This document shows positions 8,586 to 17,623 of a stretch of DNA of 32,000 bases, in pieces. Within the stretch, counting starts at the first letter, position 1. Each line of letters starts with the position of its first letter. The translations under genes were made by a program, and so were the position numbers. This DNA is from an archaeon (GTDB lineage Archaea > Asgardarchaeota > Thorarchaeia > Thorarchaeales > Thorarchaeaceae). Location of the stretch: contig JAJRZD010000125.1 in assembly GCA_024275415.1 (NCBI GenBank), positions 9,914-41,913 on the forward strand. The letters are read 5' to 3'. Below the pieces are notes generated by a model. It was not told the DNA's origin and did not search any database. It saw only the letters and a list, made by a program, of their open reading frames with translations.

Positions 8586-9903
8586 TTAGTTTGTCCACAC
8601 GACCTCGTTCGACCTGCAGATGGTGTCTTGGCTTCTTCTTGAGGAGGTTTCTCAGATCCTGAGCAGCCCGCATTGCTGCTTTCCTTTCACCATCTACAGA
8701 GTCCCATGCTTCATGTTGTTTGATTTGCTGGGATTCTTTCCTTGCGATATCGACCACGATATCTCTTTCGAACAACCCACTCGATGGTGGTGATATCCCT
8801 ACAATGGATTCGAAGGCCCGTTTTCTTGCCGCTTCCCATTCTTTTGCTCTTTCAATCTGGTCTACGTTGTACCCTTCTCGTTTGATGTCCAACACATCAT
8901 ATGGACATGCTATGACACATGCACCACAATACATGCAATGCTCCAAGATCTCTATCTTGTCTGCCGTTCCTGTGGGGTATATTGCCTTGATAGGGCAGAT
9001 GTTGAAGCAATTATGGCACCCTGTCGGATCACATTTATCAAGCTGCTTGATAATGACCTCGCCTGAGAATGGTTTTGTCACTTCAAGTGCTTCGTATGGG
9101 CATACCTCTGCACAGAGTCCACATTTTACGCAAGTTGTGTTATCATGCTTGAGTTCTCCTGTTATTTCAGGCTGTTTGATAGTACGCGGTCCCGATTCTA
9201 TGCATTCTACAGAAATCGCATCATCCGGACATATATCTGCACAGAGACCACAATAGTCACAGTGATCCTCATTGACTCTTATCCCGACAGCAGGGCGGAA
9301 ATCTGGAGGCTCCACGGCTTCTGACCAATAGATGGAGATTGCATCAGGACATAGAATCTCACACAGTCCGCAGAAGGAGCATTTCTTCTCATCGATGTTG
9401 ATGGTGCCCTTTGCGTATTCTTCACCTTGATACGTGACCAAAGATTCCTTCCGGTTCACTTTCACATCCACTTCAAGGGAGTCTGTCGGACAAACCTTCG
9501 TGCAAAGCACACACGGGGCACATTTCTCTTCATCAATGCGATGGATTCCATCAATCCGCTCATACTCGTTGATGGCTCCCTCTCCCTCATAACGTGCTTC
9601 GAAAGCTCTGAATATACATGCTGAGTCACAGAGGCCACAAAAGGTGCATAGGTCTGGATCCACATTCACAAGGGGTGCTCCCTCAATCAGTCCTGAAGCA
9701 GTTTCCTTTACGGGTCCCATGGTTATGGCATCCCATGGGCAGATCAAACAGACTCCACATCCCACACATTTTGCTATCTTGTGATCAAGCACTCTTGTCA
9801 GGATTGAGGTCTTCCAGATATAGATTACAGTGCCGTTTGTAACATCCATCGTGACGGTAGGCTTCTCTCCTACTGAAATCCCAGTTCGCTTTCCCTTATC
9901 CAC
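8542..9903 (-). CDS. fwdF: FwdF-like polyferredoxin with 8 [4Fe-4S] motifs
   Basis: Eight CxxCxxCxxxC-type motifs, including the FwdF-type CDPTGCHNCFNICP. Probable GTG start at 9903 overlaps the hdrA stop, with a GGTG RBS. The ORF is open to 9969. Confidence 0.85.
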   Translation of the reverse strand: MDKGKRTGISVGEKPTVTMDVTNGTVIYIWKTSILTRVLDHKIAKCVGCGVCLICPWDAITMGPVKETASGLIEGAPLVNVDPDLCTFCGLCDSACIFRAFEARYEGEGAINEYERIDGIHRIDEEKCAPCVLCTKVCPTDSLEVDVKVNRKESLVTYQGEEYAKGTINIDEKKCSFCGLCEILCPDAISIYWSEAVEPPDFRPAVGIRVNEDHCDYCGLCADICPDDAISVECIESGPRTIKQPEITGELKHDNTTCVKCGLCAEVCPYEALEVTKPFSGEVIIKQLDKCDPTGCHNCFNICPIKAIYPTGTADKIEILEHCMYCGACVIACPYDVLDIKREGYNVDQIERAKEWEAARKRAFESIVGISPPSSGLFERDIVVDIARKESQQIKQHEAWDSVDGERKAAMRAAQDLRNLLKKKPRHHLQVERGRVDKLIKTMKSPEKGQEEE

Positions 9904-12334
9904 GGCCGGCCACCTTCTTGGTTTTAGTACGATGTGAGGCTTTGGCATTCTTGGAGTTTTCACTTCCAAGCGGCCCTAGCTCCGTGATAGTATTCACAAA
10001 GTCCTCAATCTGTTCGGCGAAAAGATCTGCTTCTGCTGCTGACACACTGCCAAAGTATAGCCGCCGCCCATCTATCCCGATCGCCTCCAACACTTCACGG
10101 AGATTGTCTGTCCTGTCCTTAGCGTATCTAGCTCCTGTCCTGTAGTGACAATCTTGGACATGGCAACCCATCACCGCGACCCCATCCGCCCCTTCTGAGA
10201 ATGCAGTGAGGATGTTGTCGATATTAAGCCTTCCAGTACATGGCACTTGGATGTTGATTATATTTGGCGGATAGCGAATCCTTGAGGTCCCAGCTCTGTC
10301 TGCTGCGCCATAGGCACACCACCTGCACAGAAAACCAACAATCGCCGGCCTAAGTGGATTGTAATTCACAGCAGCCCGTGTTGCATTATCAAGTTGGTCG
10401 TTGTTCAGACATGGAAGATCCATCGCACTAGACGGACACGCACCTACGCATCCACCACACCCTCGACAGGCCGCAATATCGATAATAGGAACCTTTCCAT
10501 CATTGAACTTTATCGCATTTGGCGCACACACCTGTTCGCAGAGCCTACATCCGATACAAAGACTCTCATCACAAGATGGCGCACAGACTTCCGAAATGAT
10601 ATGCCCTGCAACGAAGAGGGTCTTTACCTTCGAAGCCGCCAGTCCTGCGTGTGCGACCGAATCGGCAATGTCTTTCGGCCCCTGAGCGACCCCTGCAAGG
10701 AATACCCCTTTAGAGTGTGTACTACTCGGGCCAAGTTTTGGATGTTGTTCCAAGAAGAAACCATTCTCATCCAGCGGTGTCTTGAGCATCTTTGACAGTT
10801 CCACGTTAGTAGGGCTCGCATCCATCCCGACCATCAATACCACGAGATCGACTTCCATCTCTACCAGTCTATGGAGCAGAGTATCCTCTCCTCTCACGAC
10901 AGTCTTCCCAGATATAGGGTCCTGAGCAATCTCACCTACCGCCCCGCGCACAAAGACTGCTTTGAACTCCTTTGCCGCACGCAGATAGAGCTCTTCTTGT
11001 CCTTTCCCAAAAGTGCGAATATCATTATAGAACACGTATGATTCAACATCTGGCAATTGCTGTTTGAGTTGGATGACCTCTTTCACTGCCGCAGCACAGC
11101 ATACCCTGCTACAATAAGGTCTATTGAATCTGATTGACCTGCTTCCAACACATAGCACAAAGACGACTCGTTTCGGCGGCTTTCCGTCTGAAGGTCTGAC
11201 CACTTTTCCACATGTGGGTCCTGCGGGATTGATCAATCGCTCGAACTCTAACGATGTTACTACATCAGGGTTCACCCCATATCCGAGCTCCTCCACGACC
11301 GTCGGGTCGAAAGTTTCGTATCCAGTAGCAGCCACAATCGCTCCGACATTGATGATTTCGGTTTCTTCCACCTCGTCATAACGGAGTGATTTTGGCTCAC
11401 AAACGCCTGCACATGACTGACACCCGATGCAATTATCGATATCGATGTAGGGTGCGATTGGCACAGTATCCATTGAGGGTCTGACCATCGCCTTTCTCTT
11501 GCCAATTCCACTGTTGTACTCATCAGGCACCTCCACTGGACATACCTCAATGCACCGGTTGCACCCCGTGCAAGTGTCTATATCCACATATCGTGCTTTT
11601 TGTTCGACCGTCACTTTGTATTGTCCTACGCTGCCTCGAATCCGCTTTACTTGAGCAAGAGTCATTATCCGTATCTTCTCGTGTCTTGACGCTCTTGCCA
11701 TCATCGGGCCAAGAATACAGATGCCGCAATCGAATGTCGGGAAAAGTTTATCCCACTTTGCCATATGCCCGCCAATGAAACCCTCTTTCTCTATGATTAC
11801 TACTTCTATCCCTGAATCAGCCAATTCTAACGCTGCAGTCAATCCTGCGACTCCTCCACCAATTATCAACGCGCGTTGTGAGATAGGTGTCTTATACAAT
11901 GACACAGGTTCAGAGTCACGGATCTTGGCTATGCTCGTATCAATGATTGCTCCTGCTTTCAGCGTTGCTGTTTCTGGGTCATCATAGTGTACCCAACTGC
12001 AATGTTCTCTAATGTTTGCCATCTGCAAATGCCCAGCGTCGAGACCTGCCTCTCTGACAGCATCAGAGAACAATTCCTTGTGGAGCAGAGGTGAGCATCC
12101 AGCAATGACCACTTTTTCAACATCGCTCTGTTTTATTTTCTTGATGAGATCATGCACTCCCTGTTCTGAACAGAGATGGTCATCCACCTCCACTAATGGG
12201 ATGCCCTCTTTCTCATATTTCTCCCTAAGCATTTCCACATCGATGACATCGGCAATGTTGGTTCCACAACGACAAAGGAACACACCTATGTTCTTTTTCT
12301 GCTTATCCTTGCTTTTTCGTTTCTTACGACTCAG
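9896..12334 (-). CDS. hdrA: HdrA-MvhD fusion (electron-bifurcating heterodisulfide reductase subunit A plus [2Fe-2S] MvhD domain)
   Basis: IGVFLCRCGTNI, AGCSP, ANIREHCSWVH, GGGVAG, DKLFPTFDC, two inserted ferredoxin motifs, SLEFERL, CVGSR..YCSRVCC...K and two C-terminal ferredoxin motifs. MvhD follows: FLCRWCAYGAAD, PCTGR, GCHVQDCHY. Start proposed at CTG 12334; the first GTG (12283) would cut off the conserved IG. Confidence 0.95.
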   Translation of the reverse strand: MSRKKRKSKDKQKKNIGVFLCRCGTNIADVIDVEMLREKYEKEGIPLVEVDDHLCSEQGVHDLIKKIKQSDVEKVVIAGCSPLLHKELFSDAVREAGLDAGHLQMANIREHCSWVHYDDPETATLKAGAIIDTSIAKIRDSEPVSLYKTPISQRALIIGGGVAGLTAALELADSGIEVVIIEKEGFIGGHMAKWDKLFPTFDCGICILGPMMARASRHEKIRIMTLAQVKRIRGSVGQYKVTVEQKARYVDIDTCTGCNRCIEVCPVEVPDEYNSGIGKRKAMVRPSMDTVPIAPYIDIDNCIGCQSCAGVCEPKSLRYDEVEETEIINVGAIVAATGYETFDPTVVEELGYGVNPDVVTSLEFERLINPAGPTCGKVVRPSDGKPPKRVVFVLCVGSRSIRFNRPYCSRVCCAAAVKEVIQLKQQLPDVESYVFYNDIRTFGKGQEELYLRAAKEFKAVFVRGAVGEIAQDPISGKTVVRGEDTLLHRLVEMEVDLVVLMVGMDASPTNVELSKMLKTPLDENGFFLEQHPKLGPSSTHSKGVFLAGVAQGPKDIADSVAHAGLAASKVKTLFVAGHIISEVCAPSCDESLCIGCRLCEQVCAPNAIKFNDGKVPIIDIAACRGCGGCVGACPSSAMDLPCLNNDQLDNATRAAVNYNPLRPAIVGFLCRWCAYGAADRAGTSRIRYPPNIINIQVPCTGRLNIDNILTAFSEGADGVAVMGCHVQDCHYRTGARYAKDRTDNLREVLEAIGIDGRRLYFGSVSAAEADLFAEQIEDFVNTITELGPLGSENSKNAKASHRTKTKKVAGRG

Positions 12335-12395
12335 GGGAACCGCCTCGTGTTCATGGATTACTTGTACTCGACCAGTGACGTTTCCATTTTCTAAG

Positions 12396-12403
12396 TATAA
12401 ATA
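12396..12403. promoter_or_regulatory. Candidate TATA box in the divergent hdrA / fwdG promoter region
   Basis: TATAAATA on the plus strand (TATTTATA on minus), about 60 nt before the proposed hdrA start. Confidence 0.45.
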
Positions 12404-12510
12404 TGAGCATTAGGGACACCGCCTCCATTTATGCAACTACCATATGATTCATGTACCGTTGATTGTAACCTCTGAAGGAGCTTTCCAAAGACACTCTCTG
12501 AACCTATGAC

Positions 12511-12984
12511 ATGGAGACCTCAAAAGTGAAACTTAATCCCATGGAGATGTATAATCTCCTTCCCAAGACCAACTGTAGACAATGTGAGCCGAAGACTTGC
12601 ATGGCATTCGCCACCAAGCTTGCTCTTGGCGACGTGAACCCTGACGATTGCCCTCCGCTGCTTGAAGAAGGATTCGAGGCGAATCTACAAAAGATTCGTG
12701 ACTTGGTTGCCCCAATGCAGTCCGCTGCAGAAACAGGTATCAAGCTTGATGAGTCTAAATGCACAGGTTGTAGCAACTGTGTCGTAGCATGTCCGGTAGA
12801 TGTCGCTGCTGAACCTCCTACAAGTGAGGGAAAAGCCGCCCAAGTAGGAACCACAGTGTTCTGGGTGGAGAATGGGATTTCAAAGATTATCAACTTGGAG
12901 AAATGCAGACGCTTTCCCCCTAATCGTCTGAACTGCAGAGTTTGCGAGCAATACTGCTGCACTAATGCGATCGAAATATGGTAG
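12511..12984 (+). CDS. fwdG: FwdG-like ferredoxin fused to an N-terminal CdhE/AcsC-type [4Fe-4S] domain
   Basis: N-terminal LPKTNCRQCEPKTCMAFATKL...DCPPL (C-x2-C-x4-C-x16-C). C-terminal CTGCSNCVVACPV...VENG...C-x9-CRVCEQYCC is FwdG-like. Confidence 0.8.
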   Translation: METSKVKLNPMEMYNLLPKTNCRQCEPKTCMAFATKLALGDVNPDDCPPLLEEGFEANLQKIRDLVAPMQSAAETGIKLDESKCTGCSNCVVACPVDVAAEPPTSEGKAAQVGTTVFWVENGISKIINLEKCRRFPPNRLNCRVCEQYCCTNAIEIW

Positions 12985-14286
12985 GTGGCACTGATGGAAG
13001 AGATAGTTTGTACAGGATGTTATTTGCTCTGTGATGATTCCACAATTGAAGTCAAAGATGGCTCTTTGAGGTCTCTAGGACTCTGCAGGCTGGGACATGC
13101 ACATCTTGAGTCTGCTATTGAACATGCAACACCCAAGGCATTTGTCCGGACGGATGGCAAAAGTAATGAAATTGCGATTGACGATGCAATTCAACAAGCG
13201 GCAGACATCCTTCTTGAGGGTGGTTCACCTCTTCTTATCGGGTGGTCTCAGACCTCCGACGAAGTGATTAAAGAGGGCTTGGATATGGCTGCTAGAGTGA
13301 AGGGCTTCTTTGATTCCATGTCCAGTTTGGGAACATCACAAGCAATGCGCCATGAGATGCACTCATTGAAGCTAGAAGCCGACCTAGAATATGTTAGGAA
13401 CCACGGTGAGTTCATCATTTACTGGGGGACTGACCCTAGTGAGAGCCTGCACAGACACCCGAGCAGGTTCGCAGTCCTACCTCGTGGAGAGAAAATCCCC
13501 GAGGGTGTAGAGAGCAGGACTCTTGGCGTGGTCGATGTGCGACAAACAGAAACGATGAAAATAGCCAACCATCGTTTCATCATTCCCATAGGGAGCGATG
13601 CTGAGCTTCTTGAAACATTGGCAGCAGATATCACTGGTACCTCGAAGATTGATAGTGATGTTCTTGGGATACCAGCGACTGAGGTCATAGGCTTCTCCCA
13701 GCGGTTCCAGAAATCAGACTGTACTGCGATTTTCTATGGGAGTGGGATTTTGAATTCGGGGAAGCATGCAGATAATCTCGCTGGAATACAGAAGCTTGTT
13801 GAGGCAATCAGGTCTATAGGCAAGGAAGCGTTTGCCTTCCCGATGTTCACCGAACCCAACTCGATGGGTGTGATAAAGCATGTGGCCGATGTCACCTCAG
13901 TTCCATGCTCTATTGACTATTCCTCTGGAACTGGTGTTCATAATTCCGATGTGACAGCACTTCAGAAGCTGGTACAAGGCGAGCATTCAACATCGCTTGT
14001 TGTGGGGGATGATGTTCTGGCAGCACTCCCAAGACCCGCCGCAATGGCACTGGCAAAGACACGGATTATTTACATCGGTACCCCGAATGCTATCTGCGAT
14101 AGGTTTGCAGAGATTTCCATCCATACCCCTGATCAGATGCTCGAATCTGGTACAACGATGGAACGGATTGACATGGTCACAGTGACCTTGAAGGGACTTA
14201 CACCCCCTGTAGGTTCTAAGCCCACTATACTGGAGGTCATTACGAAGCTCAATGCAGCAATCCATGACCGAGGTGGCGTAAAGTGA
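12985..14286 (+). CDS. fwdB: FwdB/FmdB-like protein lacking active-site residues
   Basis: IVCTGCYLLCDD...LCRLG [4Fe-4S] motif, YWGTDP..HRHPSRF, VVDVRQTET and FYGSG are collinear with FwdB, but SVCHGP reads SLGTSQ and MRGHYN reads MFTEPN. Confidence 0.85.
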   Translation: MALMEEIVCTGCYLLCDDSTIEVKDGSLRSLGLCRLGHAHLESAIEHATPKAFVRTDGKSNEIAIDDAIQQAADILLEGGSPLLIGWSQTSDEVIKEGLDMAARVKGFFDSMSSLGTSQAMRHEMHSLKLEADLEYVRNHGEFIIYWGTDPSESLHRHPSRFAVLPRGEKIPEGVESRTLGVVDVRQTETMKIANHRFIIPIGSDAELLETLAADITGTSKIDSDVLGIPATEVIGFSQRFQKSDCTAIFYGSGILNSGKHADNLAGIQKLVEAIRSIGKEAFAFPMFTEPNSMGVIKHVADVTSVPCSIDYSSGTGVHNSDVTALQKLVQGEHSTSLVVGDDVLAALPRPAAMALAKTRIIYIGTPNAICDRFAEISIHTPDQMLESGTTMERIDMVTVTLKGLTPPVGSKPTILEVITKLNAAIHDRGGVK

Positions 14287-15089
14287 AGGTCGCAGTCGCA
14301 GGAAAGGGCGGAGTAGGAAAAACGACCGTCGCAGGAACCATTGCCCGCTTGCTTGGTCGTGATGGACTGAAGATACTTGCCGTGGATGCTGATCCCAGCT
14401 ACACGCTCTGGTCGGCGATAGGCATCCCTCAAGAGGTCGCAGACACAATTGTTCCCCTGACCGAGAACGAGGAGCTCGTGGAAGAACGGTTGCAGATCAA
14501 GGAGGTTGGACCTACCTCGACAGGCGTGTTCAAGCTGAACCCACGAGTCGATGACCTCGCCATAAAATTCGCGGTTCCTGGTCCTGACAATGTGCATCTC
14601 CTTGTGGCCGGTACTGTTGATACTGGAGGTTCCGGATGCATGTGTCCTTCAGCCACATTGCTGAAGTCGTTGATGCGTTATCTTGTTATTGGAACCGACG
14701 AAGCTTTTGTGATGGACATGGATGCTGGTGTTGAGAATCTTGGACGTGGCACGACCCGAGGGATGGACGCGTTGATTGTCGTTGTCGAGCCGGGACGGAG
14801 GTCTCTTGACATCATGGGGAAAATAAAGAAGCTTGCAGCAGACATTGAGGTCGGACTAATTCTTGCCGTCGGGAACAAGGTAGTCACTCCAGAAGACTCG
14901 GAGATGATCCGTGAGCGCGTTTCAGCCGAAGGGATCCCTCTCCTAGGGCTTGTCCCTCTAGATGAATCGATTCGAAAGGCTGACCGAAAGGGAATTGCAC
15001 CTATCGATTTGAACGACCAATCTCCCGCCATGCTGGAGATTAGGGACATAAAAGAAAGACTTGTCGAGAGAATCGCCCAAGTTTCATAA
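14283..15089 (+). CDS. cooC: CooC/AcsF-type nickel-insertion ATPase (CODH maturation)
   Basis: GKGGVGKT, DADP, GSGCMCP (CxC), and DMDAGVENLGRGT. GTGA overlap with fwdB. Confidence 0.9.
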   Translation: MKVAVAGKGGVGKTTVAGTIARLLGRDGLKILAVDADPSYTLWSAIGIPQEVADTIVPLTENEELVEERLQIKEVGPTSTGVFKLNPRVDDLAIKFAVPGPDNVHLLVAGTVDTGGSGCMCPSATLLKSLMRYLVIGTDEAFVMDMDAGVENLGRGTTRGMDALIVVVEPGRRSLDIMGKIKKLAADIEVGLILAVGNKVVTPEDSEMIRERVSAEGIPLLGLVPLDESIRKADRKGIAPIDLNDQSPAMLEIRDIKERLVERIAQVS

Positions 15090-15275
15090 TGAAACCCGCT
15101 CGTTTTCTTTTCAAAAACATATCTCTCCTCAGAAGGGTTTTCGTAATCGAACTTCTCTTTCCGCTTAATTAATGAAATCGAACATCATTTTTTACTTTCA
15201 GCCGTCCATTCATAACTTTCTTATGGTCGAATGTTTCAATTCAAAAGCACCACGCACACAGGAACTGAGCTAAAC

Positions 15276-17621
15276 ATGAAGAAAAAAGCGTACATCAAAG
15301 CCGATGAAGCCGAAACCAGTATGGGCGTCTTCAAAGGGCTTGAAGTCAGGATCGGACAGATCATTGACGACGAATGGGATGAACCCATGGGTCCGACACC
15401 GATGCCCGGTCCTACCACGTTACGTTCATGGGATCATAAGTTGTTGACGAAATACACCGCCTCATACATGCCTTATTGTCAGGTCTGTTGCCTCTGTACA
15501 ATGGGGAAATGTGACCTTTCCGGTGACAAAAGAGGGGCATGCGGTCTGGACATGAGAGGTCAGCAAGGAAGGATAGTCCTTGCCGCAGCCAATATCGGCT
15601 GTTCGGCCCACTTGGCCCATTCACGACATCTTATTGATTACCTGATCGAGGAATATGGGCCAAGGACGCGTTTGATCCAAGGTCCAGGTACTGAGATACA
15701 TGCACCTGTATCACGACTAGTGACAGGGATGCGTCCACGCACTCTGGAGGACGCAAGCATTATCCTTGACTATTGCGAAACCCAGCTTGCTCATACTCTC
15801 TCAGCGACATCCACCGGACAGGAAGGTAGTTGGATGGACTTTGAGAGCAAGGTATTCCATGTCGGGATGATTGACCAGCTGTCTATGGAGATTGCTGATT
15901 TAGCCCAAGTTTCAACATTGGGAATGCCACAGGCTGACCCTGATGCTCCCCTTGTGGAATCGGGAATTGGCATGATTGACACAAACAAAGCGGTCATCCT
16001 GACGATTGGTCATAATATTATACCTGCAGCTTCAATCACTGATTACGTCACTGAGAAAGGATTGTACGATCAGGTCGAAGTCGGCGGGATGTGTTGTACT
16101 GCATGGGACATGACCAGACGCGACCAAAAAGCTAAGGTCATCGGACCGATATCATGGCAGCTCCGATATGTCCGAAGCGGACAAGCTGATGTCGTAGTCG
16201 TTGACGAGCAATGCGTACGAACCGACATTGTTTCTGAAGCAAAGAAGGTGAGTACTCCAGTCATATCGACGAGTGACAAGGCTGTAATGGGATTGCCTGA
16301 CAGATCAGATGACCCAGTGGACTCTATTATTGAGGAGCTTGTATCTGGGAAAATCCCTGGTGCTTACATCTCAGACCATCATAAAGTTGGTATCATCGCC
16401 ACGAGAGTCGCGCTTGCTGTCAAACCGGCGCGCAGGAGAAAGCGGTTCTTCCCGAGTGCGAAGAAAATCCAGCAACTTGCTCAGGATTGCAAGAAATGTA
16501 TGGAGTGTGTACGTGCCTGTCCGAATGACCAGAACGTCCAAGAGGCTGTACTTGCTGCTCAGACCGGCAATATGGAACTCCTTCGCGAGGTCTACAATAA
16601 CTGCATCGGATGTGTCAGATGCGAGTCTGCCTGTCCAAATGACTATGCCCTCCACAGCTGGATGGCCGCCGTATCCCAGGATAGTTTCAAGAACGAAACG
16701 CATGTCGTCCGGACTGGGCGAGGTGCAGTTCAAGACACAGAAATCCGCCGAGTGGGACAACCCATTGTTTTTGGGGAGATTCCTGGCATCGTCGCCCATG
16801 TGGGGTGTGCCAATTATCCGGGCGGAGGAAAAGACGTACATGACATGGCTGAGGAGTTTGCTAAGCGCCGTTTCATCATTGTCACATCTGGATGTGCCGC
16901 GATTTCTGCGGGGCATGTAAAGGACGAGAACGGCCAATCTATCTACGAGCGTCGAAGCGGGGAATTCGATGCTGGCTGTGTCGTCAATATGGGCTCTTGC
17001 GTTGCCAACTCGCATATTGCCGGAGCCGCTATCAAGATTGCAGCTATCTTTGCAAAGAGGAACTTGCGTGGTAACTATGCCGAGATTGCTGATTACATCC
17101 ATAATCGTGTCGGCGCGGTAGGGATCTCTTGGGGTGCTATGTCCCAGAAAGCAGTTGCCATTGCAGCAGGATTCTGGCGACTTGGAGTCCCTGTGATTGT
17201 CGGTCCTCATGGCTCGAAATACAGGAGGATGTTCCTCGGACGAGCCGACCGTGACCGTGACTGGATAGTCTACGATGCACGTACAGGTGAACGAATGTAC
17301 ACTGCCCCTGGACCTGAACATCTGTTCTATGCCGCAGAAACCGTGGCGGAGGCAAACGTTCTTACAGCCAAGCTCTGCATAAGGCCCAATGACACAGCCA
17401 AAGGACGTTCAATCAAATTGAGCCATTACGTAGACTTGCATGAGCGATATATGGGCTTCTTCCCAGAGGATGTCTGGAAGTATATTAGGCGTAACAATGA
17501 CATACCCATCACGTTGAAAGACAAGATATTGGCTCAGATGAAAGAGAACAAATGGAAGGAACGTCCCATTCCGGATCCGACGATGCTCAAAGAGCAGATA
17601 TTCACTGGAGGTGAGAAGTAA
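15276..17621 (+). CDS. cdhA: ACDS complex alpha subunit (CO dehydrogenase)
   Basis: B/D-cluster CQVCCLCTMGKC..CG, and HLAHSRH. C-cluster ligands GHN, MCCT, DEQC, VGC, SGC and GSCV are all present. E/F clusters CKKCMECVRACP and CIGCVRCESACP. Start is 15276 or 15231. Confidence 0.97.
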   Translation: MKKKAYIKADEAETSMGVFKGLEVRIGQIIDDEWDEPMGPTPMPGPTTLRSWDHKLLTKYTASYMPYCQVCCLCTMGKCDLSGDKRGACGLDMRGQQGRIVLAAANIGCSAHLAHSRHLIDYLIEEYGPRTRLIQGPGTEIHAPVSRLVTGMRPRTLEDASIILDYCETQLAHTLSATSTGQEGSWMDFESKVFHVGMIDQLSMEIADLAQVSTLGMPQADPDAPLVESGIGMIDTNKAVILTIGHNIIPAASITDYVTEKGLYDQVEVGGMCCTAWDMTRRDQKAKVIGPISWQLRYVRSGQADVVVVDEQCVRTDIVSEAKKVSTPVISTSDKAVMGLPDRSDDPVDSIIEELVSGKIPGAYISDHHKVGIIATRVALAVKPARRRKRFFPSAKKIQQLAQDCKKCMECVRACPNDQNVQEAVLAAQTGNMELLREVYNNCIGCVRCESACPNDYALHSWMAAVSQDSFKNETHVVRTGRGAVQDTEIRRVGQPIVFGEIPGIVAHVGCANYPGGGKDVHDMAEEFAKRRFIIVTSGCAAISAGHVKDENGQSIYERRSGEFDAGCVVNMGSCVANSHIAGAAIKIAAIFAKRNLRGNYAEIADYIHNRVGAVGISWGAMSQKAVAIAAGFWRLGVPVIVGPHGSKYRRMFLGRADRDRDWIVYDARTGERMYTAPGPEHLFYAAETVAEANVLTAKLCIRPNDTAKGRSIKLSHYVDLHERYMGFFPEDVWKYIRRNNDIPITLKDKILAQMKENKWKERPIPDPTMLKEQIFTGGEK

Positions 17622-17623
17622 CA

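Noticed and set aside
13330-13332. The FwdB ligand position is GGA, one base from a TGA selenocysteine codon
   Set aside because: The neighbouring His, Gly, Pro and the distal Arg are also replaced, so this is long-term divergence. No in-frame TGA occurs in hdrA, mvhD or fwdB, so there is no evidence for Sec.
12985-14286. fwdB as a pseudogene
   Set aside because: The ORF is full-length and uninterrupted, keeps its Fe-S ligands and is translationally coupled on both sides. Losses are concentrated at active-site motifs.
15145-15183. AATCGAAC repeated twice around TTAATTAA upstream of cdhA
   Set aside because: Only 8 bp and two copies; plausible by chance, so not called as an operator.
16371-17321. 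316-aa antisense ORF within cdhA, and similar shadow ORFs in hdrA, fwdF, cdhC-E and trxB
   Set aside because: They fully overlap strongly conserved genes and show no recognisable motifs; typical antisense open frames.
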